From Candidatus Latescibacterota bacterium (GTDB lineage Bacteria > Latescibacterota > UBA2968 > GCA-2709665): a stretch of DNA of 64,000 nt. This document shows positions 17,796 to 28,491 of the stretch, piece after piece. The notes beneath the pieces were generated by a model. That model saw only the letters and a program-made list of their open reading frames with translations. It was not told the origin of the DNA and searched no databases. A program made the position numbers and the translations under genes. The stretch lies in NCBI GenBank assembly GCA_965237675.1, contig OZ250150.1:5344001-5408000 (forward strand), read 5' to 3'. Position 1 is the first letter of the stretch; every line of letters begins with the position of its first letter.

Positions 17796-19890
17796 TCATT
17801 CAGCCGAGATCGACACCAGATCCTTCTCGACGTCGGGATACAACGTGTCAAGTTCCGCCTGTATTCGAATTGTGTGACCAATGGCCGTCACCATCCGGCA
17901 ATAGGTCCTGACTTCCTCGGTCTTTAGGCAGCGCTCTTTACGATCCTTCAACCACTTGTCGCAAACCTGGTAGCCGCCGATACGGTATTCGTAGACTTCG
18001 GGCGGGATAGGACTGAAATACTGCGTCTTGTTGATATACATACGATGCATGTCGGAGTCATAACGAAAACCATCTGCCTTCTTCTTTGTAACCTTCATTT
18101 CCCCTTGAACTGGAAACTGACAGGATGGCTGGTCGAGTTCACGTGACGTCAGAAGATGCAGTTCCGCCAATCGGACGCCCAGACTCGCGATCTTGACGAA
18201 CAAATCCCTTTCCACCGGGAATGGAACACGCGGGAAATCCCTACGTAGGAATTCCGCGTATTTCTCGCGGTAGGACGGTGCATGAAGAACGGCATATACA
18301 TAGTGGAAAACATCTTCGGGTGATGGCTCGTTGCGATGCGCATTCGCTAAACACTCGATCAATTCGCGGCTAATGTTGGTTCGCCGGTCTGCTGCGGTAA
18401 AATAGCGGTAAAGAGGAAAGTTGACATTCCCTCCTCGATAGAAGAGGTTGAGATCCTCTATTGTCTTTGAGCAATAGATAAGATTCCATTGACTATCACC
18501 GACAACATGGCCCTGACGACCGACACATAATGCCAGATTCTCCCCCTCCAACATATGGCGCATTACGTTAGCGCGTGGCCTGCAGATAAAGCCGCGTGAC
18601 CGGCCAGTATAGTACGTATATCAAACGGTCGGTAGAGGATGGGAACAACATTGTTGCGATTAAGCCCGGGCTCAAGCAGATCACTTTGCGCCAACGTGAC
18701 TTTCCAGTCTCCTGAATCTTTACCGAGTTCGTATGTCGTCCTGGCGAGTTCTGGTGCCATTCGAGAAAAGGCGCGGACCGTACTCCAAGCGTCCTGTTCC
18801 GACCAGTGAATTGTCAGCCTATCACGTGCGGTGAACAATCCCACAACCTTTGCTGCGAAAATATCGGGAACAGAAATACAGCGGCGATATACGGCTTCGA
18901 GCGCTTCATCGCGGGGCACAAACAGATAGTCCGGCGAATCAGGGTTTACCTCTCGCCAATTTGTGCTGTCGTGGTCGTGGGCATCCAGCCAGGCGTATTT
19001 GTGCTCACGGCTTCCGTATTCTTCGGCGTGATGAACCCGACCAGCAGGATCCTCTTTGCTACCGGTCTTGACGAAAAAGGTGATGGCCACGCCCTGCCGG
19101 ATATCGAAGACGTTTTTATCAGGGCTTCCGTTGGGGCAGGTTTCCCTCTTTAAAGCGTTTCCGTGCAGGTCGAGGATATATATGTCGTCGAAGGTGCGCA
19201 TCAGGCTACGGCGCATGCCTCGGAAGGTGGGATTATCCAGGTAACCGTGGTTGGTGATCATACCGACAACGCCGCGCCCTCCCTGTTCGATCTTCCATTG
19301 GGCAAAACGGAGGAACTTGACATAGTCATCCTGAAGCCACTTCGGATTTGCCTCACCCAGGGGTATTCCGTCGACCTTCTTGTACTCGTCGATCAACTTA
19401 CGTATCCAGTCACCCTTGTTGCTGGAATGGCCAGAATGAGCAGGATCGGCTTCTGCTTCTTAACCTCACCGGCAAGGTGTGATTCCTCGGCCAGAGCGGA
19501 GAGGCCAGGGAGACGACTCTGTTCCAGTTTCTCCCAGTCGAGGGTATTGGTAAGATAGAAACGCATGCGTTCGTCGTCGGCGAGTCGATGCCCGAGTTCT
19601 TCCAGCAGGAAACTCATCTTCAGGTGACCCACCGCATAGGGCGCCATCATTAGTTCGAAAGCATAAAAATTCTTCAAAATACGGGTCCGTATGAAGTCAT
19701 GGGATACCCCGCTGCCAAACTTTGACTCGAATTCGTAAACTGCCTCTTGAGTGGCACGCGCCACGAATGTCATGGTCCCTGCTGCAGGGTCGAGCAGGGT
19801 CACGCCCTCATCGGCCAGGCCGTCGCCCTTATTAAATTCAGTCTTTAGAATTCCGTGCAGTGATCGAACGATATACCCGACCACCGGTGC
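17796..19890 (-). pseudogene. Type ISP-like restriction-modification enzyme (N6-adenine MTase + C-terminal specificity domain), fragmented
   Basis: PVVGYIVRS, LDPAAGT.TF, FELMMAPYAVGHLK, LTNTL, LQDDYVKFLR, YLDNPTFRGMR, YRPFD, Y.IGGYQV..KWLKDRK spread over three ORFs; N-terminus and NPPY absent. Confidence 0.88.
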
Positions 19891-20313
19891 CGGCGGATCA
19901 ATACCACCTTCGGAGGCTAATCCCCTAATTTGCACGCAGCACGGGCTAGAGAGAACCATCCGGAGACGTTTTCGGGGCTATAACCGTCCAACCCGGTAGT
20001 TGGTCAATTAGAGTCCCGATCTCGCGTTGAGGTTCAACAGGGAGGGCCAGCTGGAAGAAGGCAAGACGAGGTGGTGTGTGGGGATGTCAGGCGTCGCTAT
20101 CAGGGGTCGGGAGATTGCTGAAAAAGACCTGTTCGGCGCTTTACGGGACGTGGGTTCGTTTTCTTCAAGCGAGGGAAGTTGATACAAACCAAAAGGCAGC
20201 GGGATAGTTGTAGAATCACAGATCCGATAGAAACTGTCGCGACGGATCAGGGCGATCGGGCGCAAACCGGGCGTCCGCCAAATGCCCTATACTGGCATTA
20301 GACGATCTCTTTT

Positions 20314-22869
20314 CTACCCTCCGGCTGACATCCCAAAGACCGCGGCGAAGAGGATAAAATCCGCAAAGCTCACCTGATCGTCTCCGTTGAGATCCAGATT
20401 CACATCAAAATTCGGATCGCCCGGACGGGTGCCGAAACCGCGGGCAAAGAGCACGAAGTCCCCGAAACCAACGCTGCCGTCCCGGTCGAAGTCGGCGCGT
20501 CTCGGATCGGTAATCGGGGCATCCTCGTAAACCGGCTGCCCGCGCACGGCGATGCCCCGCGGTCCGTCTTCCAGCAAGATGGTTTTGCGAATGAATCCTG
20601 TCGCCGCATCGAAAAACTGCAGTTCGTTCGAATCCTGGTTGGCCGCGTAAACGGTCTTTCCATCGGCGGAGACGGCTACGTCGCGCGTTTCGCGCCCGCG
20701 CGTTGCCCACTTCAGAATAACGCGATTCAGTTCGGTATTGATAACCAGCACCTTGGCGTTGGTCCGGTCTGTCGCATACAGGCGTTTCCCGTCCGGGGAG
20801 AGGGCAAGCCGGAAGATGCTCGCGGATGGCTGGTCAATTTCGCTTACGACCTCGTATGATTCGGTATCAATGACCGAGATGCCGGCGCCGCTGCCGCTTC
20901 GTCCGAACCTGGATACGTAGAGCCGGTCTCCGGACGGGGTAAGCAGCAGGGACCGCGGTGAGACCGGCACGTCGATCCGCTGCGTCACCTGACCGGCTTC
21001 AATATCCACCACCATCACCTGATCTCCATCGATATCCGCCGCGTATAACCACTTTTCCTCGGGCCCCACGGCAATGCCGAACGGTCCCCTGGCGTCGTTC
21101 CCTTCACCGGCAATGGGCGTGGAAATGCGCCGGGCCTCACGCAGGCTGCCCACATTCACCACCGATACGGTTTGCTCAGCGGCATTGCTCACGTACACGC
21201 GTGACCCGTTCCGAGACATCGCCAGATCCAGCGGCTCCTGACCCACCCGAATGACCGAAACTTCATGCGTAGCGGTATTGATCGCCATCAGCTTGTTTTC
21301 CCCACCGTCGGCGTCGGCGCCGTTGTTGGCGACGTACAAAAATCGCTCATCCGGTGCCAATGCCACGCTCAACGGATCGCCTCCGAGCGCGATACGGGCG
21401 ACTTCACGGTCCAGACCCGTATCGAACACCACCAACTGCCGCGAACGTCGCAGTGCGACGTATAACACCGGCTCGCCGGAAAGCGCCAACACTTCGAATT
21501 GCTGTCCTGGCTGTTCCTCAGGCGGGAACACCGTTTCGTTACCCTGGCTGTCCCGCGCCCGCACCCGGTACGAAAATACGGCGCCCCGCTCACGCCCTGG
21601 AAATTCGGTCGTGTAGAACCGACCAGGGCCCGGCTGCAACATCATGGTTTGAACCGGACCGTCGTTGACGCGGTAATCCACCTCCGCGGATGCGATCGGG
21701 TCTTCGTCGGTTATTCGAACCTGCAATCCATACGGGCCGACCGGGTCCGGCGTGTTGTTCGGTAATATGGTAAATTGAATATCCGGAAAACCCGGAAGCG
21801 CCGTTCCCAGCGTGAAATCAACCCCCGCCACACTCCTGCCGGCGGCGACCCGTACCGCGTTGGCAAAGTCCCGAATCGTCCTGTTGTCGTAGTACTCCTC
21901 CGGAAAGCCGATCTCGAACCGGGTGTAAATGCCGCTGAAGTTTCGCGTCGTCACCGATCCGCCTACCGGTTCGATGCCCACGTGATATTCACCCGGAGGC
22001 AGGCCCTTGATTTCATAGGCCCCATCTCCGCCGATCCCCCGGTTTTCACCTGTCGTTCCGGACAGGACGCCAGCGGCGAATTCGCCGGTATCCGCGTGGT
22101 ATGCCACCACATGCACCCCGAATGTCCCCTCGCCGTTCCGGTGTGTCACCCGTCCCGAAATTGCGCCCGTAGATATTATCGCCTCGGTCGATGGGTAAAG
22201 CGCCGAAACCCCCGCCCGGTCGTCCGTTGTAAGGGTTCGTTCCTCGCCAAAGTAAAAGGGATACATCGACGGTCGCACGGTTCGCTCACCCGCCAGCGGG
22301 GAATGGGCGAGGCCCAGCAAGTGGCCGATCTCGTGGGTCAGTACATCCTGCATATCCACCAGACCGCCCTCCTGAGTGGGATTTCCCACCGAATAGGAAT
22401 AGTCTCGCCCGTTGAAAACAATATCCACATCGGTAATGTGTCCCTGAACGTCCCAATTCATCAGCGCAAACGCGATTACACCTCCACCGCCGCGATCGGG
22501 GAAATTCCGGCCTCCCCGGTCAAAGGTAATTACGTTCTTGCCGTCTGTCGCTGACACTTCCAGATCGGCGACGCCTCGGCTCCTGAACGCCGCGAATGAA
22601 ATCGGCACGTCCTCCCATGCGACGAAACTGTCGCGTACCAGGCGTTTCACATGGTCAGCGAAAAAAGGAAACTGGTCGATTTCGAGCCAGAATTCGATCG
22701 CGCGGGCTTTTCCGGCAGGCCAGCGCACCGTGACAATCTGGCCCTGGTTGTTCCGGTGCATCTGGAGTACATAGGAAAACACGGGAGCCGCCAACAAGCA
22801 GCCTGCAAGGGCGGGCACGACAAGCCACGCACACAACCGACGCGTCCTGATTACGGTATTGTGTCTCAC
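20314..22869 (-). CDS. Secreted matrixin-type (M10) metalloprotease with Ig-like domains, YVTN beta-propeller and C-terminal dockerin-like/EF-hand tag
   Basis: Signal peptide; HEIGHLLGLAHS and Met-turn SMYP; repeated 'SPDG.RLY'; ADFDRDGSVGFGDF / DLNGDDQVSFADF. Confidence 0.88.
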   Translation of the reverse strand: MRHNTVIRTRRLCAWLVVPALAGCLLAAPVFSYVLQMHRNNQGQIVTVRWPAGKARAIEFWLEIDQFPFFADHVKRLVRDSFVAWEDVPISFAAFRSRGVADLEVSATDGKNVITFDRGGRNFPDRGGGGVIAFALMNWDVQGHITDVDIVFNGRDYSYSVGNPTQEGGLVDMQDVLTHEIGHLLGLAHSPLAGERTVRPSMYPFYFGEERTLTTDDRAGVSALYPSTEAIISTGAISGRVTHRNGEGTFGVHVVAYHADTGEFAAGVLSGTTGENRGIGGDGAYEIKGLPPGEYHVGIEPVGGSVTTRNFSGIYTRFEIGFPEEYYDNRTIRDFANAVRVAAGRSVAGVDFTLGTALPGFPDIQFTILPNNTPDPVGPYGLQVRITDEDPIASAEVDYRVNDGPVQTMMLQPGPGRFYTTEFPGRERGAVFSYRVRARDSQGNETVFPPEEQPGQQFEVLALSGEPVLYVALRRSRQLVVFDTGLDREVARIALGGDPLSVALAPDERFLYVANNGADADGGENKLMAINTATHEVSVIRVGQEPLDLAMSRNGSRVYVSNAAEQTVSVVNVGSLREARRISTPIAGEGNDARGPFGIAVGPEEKWLYAADIDGDQVMVVDIEAGQVTQRIDVPVSPRSLLLTPSGDRLYVSRFGRSGSGAGISVIDTESYEVVSEIDQPSASIFRLALSPDGKRLYATDRTNAKVLVINTELNRVILKWATRGRETRDVAVSADGKTVYAANQDSNELQFFDAATGFIRKTILLEDGPRGIAVRGQPVYEDAPITDPRRADFDRDGSVGFGDFVLFARGFGTRPGDPNFDVNLDLNGDDQVSFADFILFAAVFGMSAGG

Positions 22870-22872
22870 GAC

Positions 22873-23265
22873 TCAGTCCTGTTGTATTAACACGGGCTCG
22901 GGCGACTCCTGATCGACGTACCACACTTCCTGCCGGCCGTCTCCGTCCAGATCCGCCCTCGCTTCAGCGACGAATGTCGACCCTTCCACCGTGACCCGGT
23001 ACCGGAACCTGCCCGGCACCACGTCCAGTTTGAGGATTTCGCCGTTTTTTTCACGGTCTATGGGCAGATAAGTTCCAAATTCCTCCAAGTGTGCACGCTC
23101 CAAGCCGTAGATCAACTCCAGGTGCATCCGGGCGCGCATGCGTTCCTTGTCCTCGGGAGTCTGCGCAGTAAGCCGGTAGATCATCAGCGCGCAGAATAGG
23201 ACCAGCAGCATGGCCGGCACGAGATGCTTTCTGACGGAAGGACCGCGTTCCAATTCCGCCGCCAC
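22873..23265 (-). CDS. Small membrane-anchored protein with pilin-like C-terminal region
   Basis: One N-terminal TM helix, long helix to 'E.GTY', 'FVAEARADLDGDG..EVW.VD'; no clear G|F prepilin site. Confidence 0.5.
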   Translation of the reverse strand: MAAELERGPSVRKHLVPAMLLVLFCALMIYRLTAQTPEDKERMRARMHLELIYGLERAHLEEFGTYLPIDREKNGEILKLDVVPGRFRYRVTVEGSTFVAEARADLDGDGRQEVWYVDQESPEPVLIQQD

Positions 23266-23267
23266 GG

Positions 23268-25010
23268 CTAATTCTCCTTGGTGAGCCCTGACTCCGCCCA
23301 GGCCTGAATGTGTATGCGCTCCTCAGAGGCCGTCTCCCATCGTGGCACGACCTCCAACGTATCCTGAAGTACGGACATGGGTTCGGCCGGGACGAAAGGT
23401 CTGGCCACCCCCCACGTCCACGCACCGTTTCCGTCCGCGTCTTCGAAGGCCAGCACCCGGTATCGCCCGGGAGGCATCGCCTCCAGAAAGTAAGTAGAAT
23501 CACCAGGCGCAACGGTGACTGCGCGCGGCGGTTGAGACCCTGAGAGTGATTGCGCCTGCACCACAATCGGCATTTGCGAGGCGACAACCGTACCGCTCAC
23601 TGAACCCTGATCGTCAGGCAATGCAACCGTAAACCGGAACACAATCTGTCCTTCGGCAGGGTTTCCGGAAGCATCGGAAAGCTTGTTGGCCTGTCCCTTC
23701 AGAACGTAATTCTCACCGGCGACCCATGCCTCGTCGGGCCGGAACGCCAGCCGGTTGGGCCGCGGCCACGAAAATCGTCCCGCCGGGGCGGCCGTACTGT
23801 CCGAAACGACCCAGAACTCAGGATTCGCAGCGGGAGACATAGCTTCGCTGAAATCGATCCGCAACGCCGTATTCTGCGAAACATGCCGTGCTCCCAGGTC
23901 GGGATCAACACGAACCGGAACCGGCGCGCGTCGGTCGAGCTTTTCTTCGCCACGCACAGTCGCCACTTCGCCCGGAGCAATTGCATTGCCGAACCGGTCG
24001 GCAATCCCAGCCAATTCCACACGGTATTCCGTTCCGGGTGCCTGCGGGCCGGTCACCAGCCACACCCGGCTGGAATCCCTCGCGTCCGGGTAGATCGACT
24101 TTACCTCGAGGAACCCATCCCCTCCGGAAATCACCGGCGGCGATGGCACATCCACGGGTTCGTCAAAGCGCAGTGAAAGCCGTCGCCGATCGGGTGTCCG
24201 CGCCGAAACGAAACGCGGCGGCACGCTGTCACGCACCGCCATCCTCAGCAGGCCCAATCCCATCCTGCCTTCGCCCGAACGGAGGGGGATATCGCCCGGC
24301 GGCACCGCAAGCGGTTCGACGCCGGGTGTATAAGCCTGGTCGCGGTCCACGTCGTGGAACGCGAATACCCGGTACCGCCCGACCCCCAATCGCACAAACT
24401 GGAACGTTCCATCGGTGCCGGGCTGCGTCACGTAAGCAGGCGGCGCGGCCGCTGGATCGGGGTCGCCGATACCCGTCAGGTCGAACGCCCAGACGTAGAC
24501 CTGCCCGTGCTTCGCGGCACCCATGAGGATGCGGCCGTGGATTTCACCGCGACTCAGCCTGTGGCCCGTGGAGAACGCGAAACTGTAGGACGCCTCCATG
24601 CGATTGAACGACACGTCGGAACTCGCGGCGCCCACGGCCACCACGTAGGTCCGGTCTTCGCGCAGGCCTTCACGTGGCCGGATCTCGAGTTCCCGCCCGC
24701 GCCATCTGAAATCCGGATCCGTGGAGAAACGGGGCGAAACGAAAATCGCCCGCGTCACCGAACGGCGGTCCATGGTTTCGCTGAACCGGATGCGGATGCG
24801 CGTCCGGGTTCCCACACCCACGGAATCGGCCGCCGGCATCGTGTGGACCACCCGTGGCGGAATCACATCCGGCGGTCCGCCGGGCGGCGGCATGGGGTTG
24901 GCGCAGGTTCCCGCGAGAAGCGGCAGGAGGCCCAACAGAACCCATCGTGCCTTTTTCAGCAGGGATAAGGGCGGGTTTGGCCATCGGCCAACTGCCGTGT
25001 CCGTTCTCAC
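23268..25010 (-). CDS. Ig-like (Big_5) domain lipoprotein
   Basis: Lipobox-like LAGT-C, CA...PPGGP.D..PP, repeated 'I.FSE.M', two 'G.YRV.AF.D.D.D' modules. Confidence 0.8.
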   Translation of the reverse strand: MRTDTAVGRWPNPPLSLLKKARWVLLGLLPLLAGTCANPMPPPGGPPDVIPPRVVHTMPAADSVGVGTRTRIRIRFSETMDRRSVTRAIFVSPRFSTDPDFRWRGRELEIRPREGLREDRTYVVAVGAASSDVSFNRMEASYSFAFSTGHRLSRGEIHGRILMGAAKHGQVYVWAFDLTGIGDPDPAAAPPAYVTQPGTDGTFQFVRLGVGRYRVFAFHDVDRDQAYTPGVEPLAVPPGDIPLRSGEGRMGLGLLRMAVRDSVPPRFVSARTPDRRRLSLRFDEPVDVPSPPVISGGDGFLEVKSIYPDARDSSRVWLVTGPQAPGTEYRVELAGIADRFGNAIAPGEVATVRGEEKLDRRAPVPVRVDPDLGARHVSQNTALRIDFSEAMSPAANPEFWVVSDSTAAPAGRFSWPRPNRLAFRPDEAWVAGENYVLKGQANKLSDASGNPAEGQIVFRFTVALPDDQGSVSGTVVASQMPIVVQAQSLSGSQPPRAVTVAPGDSTYFLEAMPPGRYRVLAFEDADGNGAWTWGVARPFVPAEPMSVLQDTLEVVPRWETASEERIHIQAWAESGLTKEN

Positions 25011-25014
25011 GTCA

Positions 25015-25920
25015 CTACGCTCTCGGATGCGCCTGCCGATAGGCCTTCTTTAGTCGCTCAACGCTCACGTGTGTATAAATCTGCGTTGTGGACAGGCTTG
25101 CATGCCCCAGCATCTCCTTGACCGCATTCAGATCGGCTCCGGCGTCCAACAGATGGGTGGCGAAGGTATGCCGCAAGGTATGGGGGCCCAGCCTGCCCCT
25201 ACCCGTCGCCTGTTGGAGATGCCCCACGACCCGGTCCTGAACCCCGCTGGCGCTCAACGCCTGGCCGGAACGGCTGAGAAAAAAATGTTTCTGGACAACC
25301 TCGGGCGCATCGGCCGGCAACAGTTCGGATCGGCGAGTCAAATACCGGCGCAGGGCTTCCCGAGCCGGCTTCCCGACAGGCACGAGACGCTCCTTTCCAC
25401 CCTTCCCTGTCACGCGGACGGTTCCGCTGTCCAGGTCCAGGCTATCCATACCGATTCCCGCCAGTTCCCGTAACCGGATGCCGGAACTGTAAAACAGTTC
25501 CAGCATCGCCCGGTCTCGCAAACCCAATGCCGTATCCGGTGACGGATTCTCCAGCACCCGCCGCACCTCCTCGAGGTCCAGGTGTATCGGCAGGGTCTTC
25601 TCCTGCCTGGGCGGACGTACCTGCAGCGCCGGATTCTTCTCCAGGCGGCCCATCCGGCAAAGATAGGCAAAGAACGTGCGCAACGAAGCCAGCTTCCGCG
25701 CGATTGAACGCCTGCCGAATCCTGCGCCGTTCAGGTGCCCCAGGAACGCCCGCACCTCCTCCCTGGCGACCCCGCTCACATCCGGATTTTCAGCGCCCCA
25801 TCGGACCTGCAGGAAACACAGGAACCGGTCCAGATCCGTCCGGTAGGCCCGGCACGTATGCGGCGACAATCGCCGCTCGTTGGCGAGGTGGCGTATGAAT
25901 TCGGCGATCAGTGCCTGCAT
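25015..25920 (-). CDS. xerC: Tyrosine recombinase XerC
   Basis: RDRAMLELFYSSGIR, GKGGKER, HTLRHTFATHLL, LGHASLSTTQIYTH; follows topA. Confidence 0.9.
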   Translation of the reverse strand: MQALIAEFIRHLANERRLSPHTCRAYRTDLDRFLCFLQVRWGAENPDVSGVAREEVRAFLGHLNGAGFGRRSIARKLASLRTFFAYLCRMGRLEKNPALQVRPPRQEKTLPIHLDLEEVRRVLENPSPDTALGLRDRAMLELFYSSGIRLRELAGIGMDSLDLDSGTVRVTGKGGKERLVPVGKPAREALRRYLTRRSELLPADAPEVVQKHFFLSRSGQALSASGVQDRVVGHLQQATGRGRLGPHTLRHTFATHLLDAGADLNAVKEMLGHASLSTTQIYTHVSVERLKKAYRQAHPRA

Positions 25921-26042
25921 TTAGGACACCTCCCGTCGGAATTTCGTGATTGCAATGAAACAGCCGGGCGCAAGCGTGCGGGCATGGAGTTCTTCGATGA
26001 TAGCCATTGCCCGCGGCCATCCGCGACACCGCGGCGTACCGT

Positions 26043-28298
26043 TTACGCCTTTTCCTCTTCCCGAGCGGCTGTCGTATGCCTGCATCTCAGACACCGGAGC
26101 GACGTCCCACCGTTTCGACCGGTATGCTCGGCCAGAAACGGCCCGTCGCACATTGGGCATGCCCGGTTCAACGGCCGGTCCCAACTCGCGTACGTGCACT
26201 CCGGGAAGTTGCCGCAACTGAAAAACGTCCTGCCACGCCGACTGCTCCGTTCCTTGAGCTGACCGTCGCAATCTTTCTGCGGGCAGGGTACTCCCGTCGA
26301 AATCGAACGCGCATTTTTGCACTTCGGGTACCCCGAGCAGGCCAGAAAACGTCCATTGCGACCGGTACGGATCGCCATTTCCGAGCCGCATTTCTCGCAC
26401 ACCTCGCCCGATGGTTCCGTCTCGGACGCCTCGAGTGGTTGGGTATTGCGACACTCCGGAAATCCGGAACAGGCCAGGAAACGCCCATTGCGACCCCACT
26501 TGATTACGAAGACCTTGCCGCACTTCTCGCAGATTTTGTCCGTCTCCTCCTGAAGCGACGCCTTCAGCTGTCTTCGTTGTCCTTCCGCCCGGTCCAGATC
26601 CTTGGCAAACGGTCCATAGAAGTCTTCCACGACCTTCACCCAACCCACTTCGCCGTTCTCGACCTGGTCGAGTTCATCCTCCATACGGGCCGTGAAGTCC
26701 ACGTTGAAGACGTCGGGAAACGCCTGAGCCAGAATGCCGTTGACCGTACGACCCAGTTCGGTGGGCGCGAACCGGCCGCCGGTCTTCCCCGCATAGTCTC
26801 TTTCCTGAAGCGTGCTGATGATCTGCGCGTAGGTGCTGGGCCTGCCAATCTCCAGAGACTCCAACTCCTTGACCAGGGTTGCCTCGGAAAACCGCGGCGG
26901 AGGCTTTGTGAAATGCTGCTCCGGCAACAGCGCCATCATCGCCAGGGTGTCGCCCTTCCTCAACCCCTCTGGAAGGCGCGTCTGGTTCTCCTCCTTCTCA
27001 TCGTCCCTACCTTCGGTATAGAGTGCCGTAAAACCGGCAAATTTAAGCTCTGATCCGGTTGCCCGCAATTCATAGTCGCCCGCGCGGATATCTACCGTCG
27101 TACGATTGTATACGGCCGGCGCCATCTGGCACGCGATAAACCGATCCCAGATCAGTTGGTACAGTTTCGCCTGATCGGCAGTCAGGTGTGCCTGGACGAC
27201 CTCCGGGGGGCGTTCCACATCGGTGGGACGTATCGCCTCGTGCGCATCCTGTGCCCCCTTTCCCTTTCGGTACGTCCTGGCCCGGACCGGCAGATACGCC
27301 TCTCCGAACCGCCGCCGTATATAGTCTCTCGCCGAAGATACCGCCTCGTTCGCGATCCGGGTGGAGTCGGTTCGCATATAAGTGATCAAACCGGTCGTTT
27401 CGGGCACATTGGTCGTACCACCCAGGACCTCAACGCCTTCGTAGAGCTGTTGGGCCACCTGCATGGTCTTGCGAGCCGTAAACCGCAACCTGCGAGATGC
27501 CTCCTGCTGTAGCGTGCTCGTTATGAAGGGCGGGGCTGGATTGCGCCGCTGCTCTCGTCGTTTCACGTCGGCGATCCGGTACTCGGGATCCGAGGCCGCC
27601 GCGCGCAGGTCCAACAATATAGGGTCCACTTCCTCCCGAGTCTTCAACGCCAGCTTTTCACCTCTGAACCGGAACAACCGTGCCGTGAACGGCACGGTAT
27701 CCTCCCGTTTCACCTTCACGTCAACGGTCCAGTATTCTTCCGGAACGAACGCGTCGATCGCCGCCTCCCGCTCGCAGATCAGACGAAGCGCCACCGATTG
27801 AACCCGCCCGGCGCTCAGACCGCCGTGAACCGTTTTCCATAACAACGGGCTGACCTTGTACCCCACCAGGCGGTCCAGTACCCTGCGGGCCTGCTGAGCG
27901 TCCACCTTCCTCGAGTCGATCCTGGAGGGTTTGGCCACCGCCTCCCTCACCGCCCGCTCGGTAATCTCGTTGAACGTCACCCGCTGGGCATCGCCTCCCC
28001 GCTTCAGCGCCTCCGCAACGTGCCAGGCAATGGCTTCCCCCTCGCGGTCCGGGTCCGTCGCCAGTATCAGCCGGTCGGCTGACCGGGCGGCCGCGCGAAG
28101 CTCCTTGACGTATTTACCGCGATCGCGAATGGTCCGATAGGTGGGCTTGAACCCATTGGCGACATCGATGCCCAGTTCTTTCTGCGGCAGGTCCCTTACG
28201 TGACCCATACTGGCCATGACCTTGAAGTCCTTACCGAGGAATTTATTGATCGTTTTCGCCTTGGCGGGCGACTCCACAACCACCAGCGTTCGGGGCAT
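26043..28298 (-). CDS. topA: DNA topoisomerase I
   Basis: VVESPAKAKTI, ATDPDREGE, SAGRVQS, LITYMRTDS, C-terminal Zn ribbons; GGAGG RBS. Confidence 0.98.
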   Translation of the reverse strand: MPRTLVVVESPAKAKTINKFLGKDFKVMASMGHVRDLPQKELGIDVANGFKPTYRTIRDRGKYVKELRAAARSADRLILATDPDREGEAIAWHVAEALKRGGDAQRVTFNEITERAVREAVAKPSRIDSRKVDAQQARRVLDRLVGYKVSPLLWKTVHGGLSAGRVQSVALRLICEREAAIDAFVPEEYWTVDVKVKREDTVPFTARLFRFRGEKLALKTREEVDPILLDLRAAASDPEYRIADVKRREQRRNPAPPFITSTLQQEASRRLRFTARKTMQVAQQLYEGVEVLGGTTNVPETTGLITYMRTDSTRIANEAVSSARDYIRRRFGEAYLPVRARTYRKGKGAQDAHEAIRPTDVERPPEVVQAHLTADQAKLYQLIWDRFIACQMAPAVYNRTTVDIRAGDYELRATGSELKFAGFTALYTEGRDDEKEENQTRLPEGLRKGDTLAMMALLPEQHFTKPPPRFSEATLVKELESLEIGRPSTYAQIISTLQERDYAGKTGGRFAPTELGRTVNGILAQAFPDVFNVDFTARMEDELDQVENGEVGWVKVVEDFYGPFAKDLDRAEGQRRQLKASLQEETDKICEKCGKVFVIKWGRNGRFLACSGFPECRNTQPLEASETEPSGEVCEKCGSEMAIRTGRNGRFLACSGYPKCKNARSISTGVPCPQKDCDGQLKERSSRRGRTFFSCGNFPECTYASWDRPLNRACPMCDGPFLAEHTGRNGGTSLRCLRCRHTTAAREEEKA

Positions 28299-28462
28299 AT
28301 TTCCTCCCAAAAGAACGAGCCACATCGAAAGATATCATCGAGTGACTCACCGCGGTTCCGGCAGGTTGCTAAACACCCATGGATGGGTTCACATCGTTCT
28401 CGAAGCGTTGCCTGACAATCTCTCCGGATTTCTCGTGTGACGCACGCAACACGTCCGATTCA

Positions 28463-28491
28463 AAAATACGAGCGCGCCTTTCAAAAGTCAA
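28463..28491 (-). promoter_or_regulatory. sigma70-type promoter of the topA-xerC operon
   Basis: TTGACT-N17-TATTTT. Confidence 0.55.

Noticed and set aside
25015-25920. XerC as a mobile-element integrase
   Set aside because: Backbone GC and the topA-xerC context indicate the housekeeping recombinase.
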